This document shows positions 58,604 to 64,000 of a DNA stretch of 64,000 nt, piece by piece (position 1 is the first letter of the stretch; each line of letters opens with the position of its first letter). The stretch spans positions 1,693-65,692 of the forward strand of contig CAAFUN010000147.1 in NCBI GenBank assembly GCA_900766195.1, written 5' to 3'. Source of the stretch: an uncultured Bacteroides sp. (GTDB taxonomy: Bacteria > Bacteroidota > Bacteroidia > Bacteroidales > Bacteroidaceae). The translations under genes were made by a program, and so were the position numbers. The notes beneath the pieces are model-generated. The model did no database searches and was not told the origin of the DNA. It saw nothing but the letters and a program-made list of their open reading frames with translations.

Positions 58604-60078
58604 GTAAAGAAACAAATATTCAAACCCTCGGCAACCTTGGTATCTATGCTGACAGCGGCAATGTATTTGCCTTCAGCATGGGCGATCGTCCTGCCGGTAT
58701 GCCATTCCCCGGACTGAACGATTATAGTTCGGTGCTGCCCTATTGCGATATGCAATGGAGTACAATACAAGGCTTCAACATATTGTGGCGTGGTATCAAC
58801 AACGCCAAATGCGAAGAGATTGAATCGGATATCAAACAGAATAGGCTATTGCCTAGGCTTATCAAGAAACAAATGTCTATGCTGTATGGTCAGGGTATCA
58901 TGCCCTATATGCCTACACTAAGCGAGGACGGCAAGTATAGCCGCAAATGGATGCAGATACCGGACGTAACGAATTGGCTGGAGTCTTGGAAAAGCAACGG
59001 GATGGAGACAGATCACCGGGAGTTTGCCAAGACGTGCATTAAAAACTACTATACCTTTGGAGACTTCTTTGCTAAGTTCCGCTTCTCTGCCGGAAAAGCT
59101 TTCGGAGTGGGCCGTCCGCTTGCAGGAATAGAAGCTCTTGAAAACAAACTTTGCCGACTGGCCACCATGCGCAAAGACGTGGCCTATAGCCTGATATCAT
59201 ATAGCGATTTCCACCAGGTGTCCGTGGGCAAATGGAGTTACGGCAATGGCAATTTCCTATTCTATCCACGCTTCCGGATGGATGAAGTAGACAGCTATAA
59301 CTTTGCTGCTATTGGCCATTTCCGCGAGAAGTCTGTAGGCGAATTCTATGGAGTGAACGAAACGCACTCGGGAACGCAGCCCTACATCAAAGGTAGTAAC
59401 CAAACGGCCAGATATATAAACTCCTTCCTCAAAAACTCTTTGGCCGCCAAGAAACATATTAAAATACCTAATATGTGGCTGGAAAGTAAGCGCATTCAAA
59501 TTCAAAAAATTTGCGATGAAAACAAGAAGCGAAAATCAAAAGGAGATGCACAAATCCTCTACAACAACATCGAAGTAGGTAACGAATATAAAGAGTCCAC
59601 GCTAATAGAATATATCGCTTCTGAAATGCGTAAGATATCAGACTATCTGTCCGGGGCAGACAACCAGGGCAAAGCTTATGCATCTTATACCTACACAGAC
59701 GCAAAGGGCACTCTGCAGGAATGGAAGATTGAGGATGTGGATATGAAATATAAGGAGTATATAGAAGCTCTTATCAGCTATGATAAGCGTGCAGACGAAG
59801 TGCTGGTGTCCGCGCTTGGCATAGATAGCAGTATAAGCAACATCAGCAAAGACGGAGTGATATCAAAGTCCGGAGCCGATGTTTACTATAACTATTTGAT
59901 TTACCTGATGCAACTCAATCCGGAAGATGAAATATGTAGCGAGCCGTTTAACATTGCACTACAAATCAACTTTCCTACCCTCTACAAGCAAGGCATACGC
60001 CTTGGATTCTATCGCGAAACTCCCTCGCGCCAGGAAGAAGTAGCACCATCGCAACGCTTAAACAACCAACAATCATGA
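58600..60078 (+). CDS. Probable portal protein
   Basis: 492 aa; LYGQG, YYTFGDFF, LSGADNQGK, ALGIDSSIS...SKSGAD pattern; near terL. Confidence 0.72.
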   Translation: MSKETNIQTLGNLGIYADSGNVFAFSMGDRPAGMPFPGLNDYSSVLPYCDMQWSTIQGFNILWRGINNAKCEEIESDIKQNRLLPRLIKKQMSMLYGQGIMPYMPTLSEDGKYSRKWMQIPDVTNWLESWKSNGMETDHREFAKTCIKNYYTFGDFFAKFRFSAGKAFGVGRPLAGIEALENKLCRLATMRKDVAYSLISYSDFHQVSVGKWSYGNGNFLFYPRFRMDEVDSYNFAAIGHFREKSVGEFYGVNETHSGTQPYIKGSNQTARYINSFLKNSLAAKKHIKIPNMWLESKRIQIQKICDENKKRKSKGDAQILYNNIEVGNEYKESTLIEYIASEMRKISDYLSGADNQGKAYASYTYTDAKGTLQEWKIEDVDMKYKEYIEALISYDKRADEVLVSALGIDSSISNISKDGVISKSGADVYYNYLIYLMQLNPEDEICSEPFNIALQINFPTLYKQGIRLGFYRETPSRQEEVAPSQRLNNQQS

Positions 60079-60932
60079 GCAATATATTATCCGATCTATT
60101 CCCGTCCATACTCCTGTTTGGCAAATACGTGCCTTACCTGGAAGCTAACACCAACTTTGATGACCTTAACGCCAGTGCACTGCCGGCATCAAAGCAGATT
60201 AAGATCATCATCACATCGGGCATATACGACTCGATCTCTGCCGAAGCGGAGATAAGCGAAAAGCGCGAAGCTCTGCGTTCGGCCTTGGCCAACCTCACCA
60301 TGAGCAAGCAACTATCGTTTGATGTTATCACCCGGCGCAAACAGAATATAGAGACGTATAAGTATGAAGTAGAGCAAATGAAGCGCGATCTTATGCAGGG
60401 TTACTTCAATGCCATGGACACGCTTATCTCACTGCTTAATGAAGAGAAGAGCGCAGCGTGGCAAGCTACGGACTACTGCAAGAAACTAAAACTATTGAAG
60501 ATTCAGACTACCGAGGAGTTTGATTCTATCTACCCTATAGACCTATCCTATCTGTTCTTTTTTCGCTGCATACCATGGCAAAAGGAAGTGCTAGACGAAA
60601 AGTTAGGAGGGCTTTTCAGCAGAGCGGAGGGTAATGAGAGCGAAATCCCTCTGCTGAAACGTGCCCTTTGCAAATACACCATTGCCAAGGCATTGCGCCG
60701 CTTTGATATCCTGCAGTTCCCGGAAGTGATCCGCGGACTGTTTCTCGATGCAAAGCCATCTAGAACAGGAGAATCAGAGCAAACACAAATCCTACGCCTG
60801 GCAGATCAGCTCACAGCTGAAGCTGATCTGTTAGTGTCCGGCATTGAACTCGCTTTGAATGAGTCAGGAACAAATATAGTATCAACTACATCCTTCAATC
60901 GTCCGGAGGATAAAATCTATCTCCTGTCATGA
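60075..60932 (+). CDS. Probable head-tail adaptor (DUF6712-like)
   Basis: Two repeated helical halves; follows the portal gene. Confidence 0.55.
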   Translation: MSNILSDLFPSILLFGKYVPYLEANTNFDDLNASALPASKQIKIIITSGIYDSISAEAEISEKREALRSALANLTMSKQLSFDVITRRKQNIETYKYEVEQMKRDLMQGYFNAMDTLISLLNEEKSAAWQATDYCKKLKLLKIQTTEEFDSIYPIDLSYLFFFRCIPWQKEVLDEKLGGLFSRAEGNESEIPLLKRALCKYTIAKALRRFDILQFPEVIRGLFLDAKPSRTGESEQTQILRLADQLTAEADLLVSGIELALNESGTNIVSTTSFNRPEDKIYLLS

Positions 60933-61900
60933 ATGCTATTATCAAGATATCTGTAAAGGGCAAACCCTACTATGTGCGCAATGCCTGGCATTTGCTCACT
61001 CCTGATGCCTTCCTTTCGCTAATGGAAGATCTCGTAGCGTTTTCTGCCGGACAACTCTCTGCCGGCATGGTGAAAGTGCGTTATGTGGCCCGCGAGCTGG
61101 GCATTAAGCTCAAAAAGGTGCACGATGAAGACGGCTTGGCAAATTTGGCATGGATAGCAGAACAGGTCACTTTTCCCTTCCTTATTTGCTATCCGGACAA
61201 TGATGCCGCGCTGGCGGATCTCGATGCTCCTACCCGTGCCAAATATAAACGCCTATCTCCGGAACATATAGAGGGCGATGCCTTGGCTAGATATCTAGCT
61301 AAACTTGATTACCGGTACACACTTGACGGCCTGTTCTGCGCACAGCTAATGCCGGAACTGAAAGTAGGCTACAAACGCTTGACGGGATATACCATTGACA
61401 CCAATTTCGGCACGCTCACCACTTCACTCGTGGCACAACAATGGCTTGAAGCGCGAAGACTATGTAGCAATCCATCTGCTGATCAGCTGGCTTTGCTTAC
61501 GGCAATACTTTACTGTCCAAAGCCCTACAGCATAGATACAGCCAAACGCTTGGCTACCGGATTGACGCACTTGCCACTGTCTACACTAGAGGCCGTAGCG
61601 TTCAATTTCAATGCCTTCAATAACTTTCTGTTCCGCCGGACCGAATTTGCTATACTGGCAGAAGGCAAAGCCACAAAGAAAGCCATCACCGTAGAAGCCG
61701 ATGCCAAGCTGTATGACCTGTCCGGCTACGGACTAGGTAGCAGCTCCGAAGTGGAGCAATTGAACATCATTACCTACCTCACCATACTCAGAAACAAGCT
61801 TATTGAAAGTGTCCGATCTCTGCACGGTGCCAACATGAAGCTTGCCGATATAGCAACCGAAACCGGGCTACCTTTGTCCATAATCACAGATATAATATGA
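60929..61900 (+). CDS. Phage morphogenesis protein, unknown function
   Basis: Coupled ORF; NAWHLLT start and C-terminal HTH-like LADIATETGLPLSII. Confidence 0.65.
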   Translation: MNAIIKISVKGKPYYVRNAWHLLTPDAFLSLMEDLVAFSAGQLSAGMVKVRYVARELGIKLKKVHDEDGLANLAWIAEQVTFPFLICYPDNDAALADLDAPTRAKYKRLSPEHIEGDALARYLAKLDYRYTLDGLFCAQLMPELKVGYKRLTGYTIDTNFGTLTTSLVAQQWLEARRLCSNPSADQLALLTAILYCPKPYSIDTAKRLATGLTHLPLSTLEAVAFNFNAFNNFLFRRTEFAILAEGKATKKAITVEADAKLYDLSGYGLGSSSEVEQLNIITYLTILRNKLIESVRSLHGANMKLADIATETGLPLSIITDII

Positions 61901-62484
61901 TACTAAGGCTCGTTAAATACTTCGCCAAATTCCCCACCAAGGCAGGCGTGCAAAAGATGTTTGTTCGTGGAGAAAGTTCGTTGCCGGCTTATGCCACGCT
62001 GCTGGCTTATGTCGATGCTTTGCCGGACGTTAGCGTAATGCCCGATATTGAAAACTTTGTTGTGGCCAGCTCGCTAGAGAAAGTAAAAGGCTTTGTAAGC
62101 GGATTCCGTGGCGTGCAAACTTATCTCATGCTAGACTATGGCGAGATAGCCAGCGGAGCGGATCAGCGTAATAGCATACAAGACACCATGCGGCTGGCCG
62201 TTACCGTGGCGTGCCACATTGATAATAATGCTGACTTGGTAGAAGATAATATAGCTAGCAACAACACGCTAGATCTTGCCAACCGGCTACGCGCACACAT
62301 CATGGCAGACAGTCGCAACCAGGTGCTAGGCCACGGCATACAAGAAATTATTGCCGGAGCACATCAGCTCGTGCCATTTGAGAGTAAAGAGCTGCAGAGT
62401 GTTGGCTGGACTATCGCCTTCAGCCTGGATGCTACGGATTTGCTCGATGTAACTAGTTTAAGAATGCAATACTCTAAATGTTAA
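61897..62484 (+). CDS. Phage structural protein (tail terminator-like)
   Basis: alpha/beta pattern ending VGWTIAFSL; assignment by position. Confidence 0.5.
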   Translation: MILRLVKYFAKFPTKAGVQKMFVRGESSLPAYATLLAYVDALPDVSVMPDIENFVVASSLEKVKGFVSGFRGVQTYLMLDYGEIASGADQRNSIQDTMRLAVTVACHIDNNADLVEDNIASNNTLDLANRLRAHIMADSRNQVLGHGIQEIIAGAHQLVPFESKELQSVGWTIAFSLDATDLLDVTSLRMQYSKC

Positions 62485-62488
62485 TGCT

Positions 62489-62839
62489 ATGGATAAGCAA
62501 CAGCGAATAGAAGAGCTACAGCAACGCATAAGTAATCAAAAGAGTATGCTGCTGCAAAGAATAAACATACTCAATAATCGGGATGATCACTTACATAAGA
62601 TTGCCAGCATGCTAGATGATCCCCATGCTCTTGTACCTAATTCTGTTAATTCAGTCGAAGATTGGCTTTGTGGGCATCCTTTCCCGAATTCAGTGTTAGC
62701 TGCTATTTGCCGTAATAAAAAGGAGGCTTTTGAACGCTCTTTATTCAGTCACACAACTATGTATGAATACCACATCGTAAAATGTGAATCTGTGGGATAT
62801 TATAGAAACAAATTTAATATAAAGAAATATGGATACTAA
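62489..62839 (+). CDS. AT-rich hypothetical protein before the lysis genes
   Basis: 116-aa ORF with more AT-rich codons than its neighbours. Confidence 0.55.
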   Translation: MDKQQRIEELQQRISNQKSMLLQRINILNNRDDHLHKIASMLDDPHALVPNSVNSVEDWLCGHPFPNSVLAAICRNKKEAFERSLFSHTTMYEYHIVKCESVGYYRNKFNIKKYGY

Positions 62840-63119
62840 AGGAATCACCAAGGCAAACGTTGTAGGCTGGCTGCTCACGGTAGCCTTATCCGTAATGGCG
62901 GCATACGGCACTATCAATGCCCGCATTTACGAAGTGGAGAAGAAAATAGAACTTCTCCAGATGCAGATCACCGAAGACGGCAAGAAGATTGATCAGCAGG
63001 CAAACGATATGAAGGATATCCGGGAAATGTTCAATCGAATCGATAAGAATCTGATTGAACTAAAAGGAGACATGAATTTAAAGCAAGATAAGTATGAAAA
63101 AAATAATACTATTCATTAA
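62829..63119 (+). CDS. Single-TM plus coiled-coil lysis-cassette protein (holin/antiholin-like)
   Basis: N-terminal TM VVGWLLTVALSVMAAYG followed by heptads. Confidence 0.6.
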   Translation: MDTKGITKANVVGWLLTVALSVMAAYGTINARIYEVEKKIELLQMQITEDGKKIDQQANDMKDIREMFNRIDKNLIELKGDMNLKQDKYEKNNTIH

Positions 63120-63339
63120 GCAAGTCGTCACCTCTCATTCCGGCATCAGCAGTAAGCGAGTATGCGGCGTTTTGGGATGGCTCACCACCATCGGCATACT
63201 TATTTACTGCTCGGCCACCGGCAAGCAGGCACCGGTGATGGTAGACACATTTATGATTTGCTGTATGGCCCTGTTAGGCATCGATTCAGTTACGGGTATT
63301 TGGAAATCATTCGATAATAAGAAAGGAGAATCAAAATGA
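63094..63339 (+). CDS. Holin (two TM helices)
   Basis: ISSKRVCGVLGW, two hydrophobic segments, charged C-terminus; ATGA-coupled to the endolysin. Confidence 0.75.
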   Translation: MKKIILFIKQVVTSHSGISSKRVCGVLGWLTTIGILIYCSATGKQAPVMVDTFMICCMALLGIDSVTGIWKSFDNKKGESK

Positions 63340-63734
63340 AGTATTTTACTATTGCAGAGCTTGTACGCTCTAAAACGGCCGATAGGCTGGGCATCGATAA
63401 CCGGTGCAAGACGGAACATGTAACCAATCTTACATTACTCGTTAACAACGTCCTCGATCCGCTACGCGAAGCGTATGGCAAGCCTATCACCATCAACAGC
63501 GGATTTCGTTGTCCGGCTTTGAACAGCCGCATTGGCGGAGCTGCTACAAGTGATCATCTTAAAGGCATGGCCGCCGATATCACTGCCGGTAGCCCGGCCG
63601 AGAATAGAAGATTGTTCAATCTTATACAGGAACTCAAACTCCCGTTTAAGCAACTCATTGACGAAAAGCACTTCTCATGGGTGCATGTCAGCTACGATAA
63701 AAATGACTTGAAACGGCAAATCTTAGCATTATGA
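63336..63734 (+). CDS. Endolysin, peptidase M15 family (Zn D-Ala-D-Ala carboxypeptidase fold)
   Basis: INSGFRCPALN..IGGA..SDHLKGMAADI...WVHVSY with H-D-H zinc ligands. Confidence 0.92.
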   Translation: MKYFTIAELVRSKTADRLGIDNRCKTEHVTNLTLLVNNVLDPLREAYGKPITINSGFRCPALNSRIGGAATSDHLKGMAADITAGSPAENRRLFNLIQELKLPFKQLIDEKHFSWVHVSYDKNDLKRQILAL

Positions 63735-64000
63735 AGACCGAAAAGCAATACGAAGAATTTGCTGCCAAGCTGTGCACTCAAGCTGTTGCCGCATTCTTGG
63801 CTCTCCTTATATCGGTGATTATATGTATCCTGCTTCAATCTTGTGGGAGTGCTAGGAATACGGCCAGCCGACAGGAGTCCGCGCAGGAGAACGCCGCACA
63901 TCAGCGTAAAGACACAGCATCTGCCAGTGCTCAGATACATGAAACTGAAGCTGACGAAACAACGGAAGTGAGCAATACTCACACCGTTGTTTATGATACG
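63731..64000 (+). CDS. Spanin-like lipoprotein, truncated by the window edge
   Basis: ATGA overlap with the endolysin stop; MKTEKQYEEFAAKLCTQAVAAFLALLISVIICILLQSCGSAR with lipobox LQSC; open to the end. Confidence 0.7.
   Translation, partial: MKTEKQYEEFAAKLCTQAVAAFLALLISVIICILLQSCGSARNTASRQESAQENAAHQRKDTASASAQIHETEADETTEVSNTHTVVYDT

Larger units (their letters stand above)
38610..64000 (+). mobile_element. Temperate tailed prophage, left part; continues beyond the window
   Basis: Repressor/Cro switch, primase-helicase, origin-like repeats, protease, capsid, terminase, portal, holin and endolysin in co-directional, tightly coupled operons; no obvious frame disruptions. Confidence 0.95.

Noticed and set aside
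38610..64000. Integrase, transposase, reverse transcriptase/DGR or a recognisable defence system in the prophage
   Set aside because: No such motifs were seen in this window; they may lie beyond the right edge.

Overview
Bacteroidales (Bacteroides-like) chromosomal window, judged from SusC/SusD pairs, TAnnTTTG -7 promoter boxes and A-rich translation starts. Positions 1-38.4 kb are host DNA: the 3' end of a GH115 gene; a SusC/SusD locus whose only enzyme is a calcineurin-like phosphoesterase lipoprotein; DUF4251; a LuxR response regulator; mnmA; metY; an S41 peptidase; a gene-poor 1.4 kb tract with repeats and a candidate sRNA; a TPR-HTH sensor/DUF3244 pair; enolase; a beta-1,3-glucan-type PUL (SusC, SusD, surface glycan-binding protein, GH16, GH3); DUF5686; Crp/Fnr; GH20. 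From about 38.6 kb to the right edge lies the left part of a temperate prophage. It starts at a probable displaced tRNA 3' end (att), followed by a repressor/Cro switch with three clear operators, early genes, a 1344-aa DnaG primase-helicase fusion and an iteron-rich candidate origin. Next come a putative late activator with matching GTCC promoter motifs, then S49 protease, capsid, putative tail tube, a -1 frameshift gene pair, terminase, portal and lysis genes. Integrase, tape measure and the second att are not in the window. The most notable non-coding signals are several independent arrays with exact 22-bp periodicity but different cores, three origin-like repeat clusters with a shared layout, and a 23-bp G-U-rich hairpin RNA. 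Family names come from recognised motifs and memory, not database searches.
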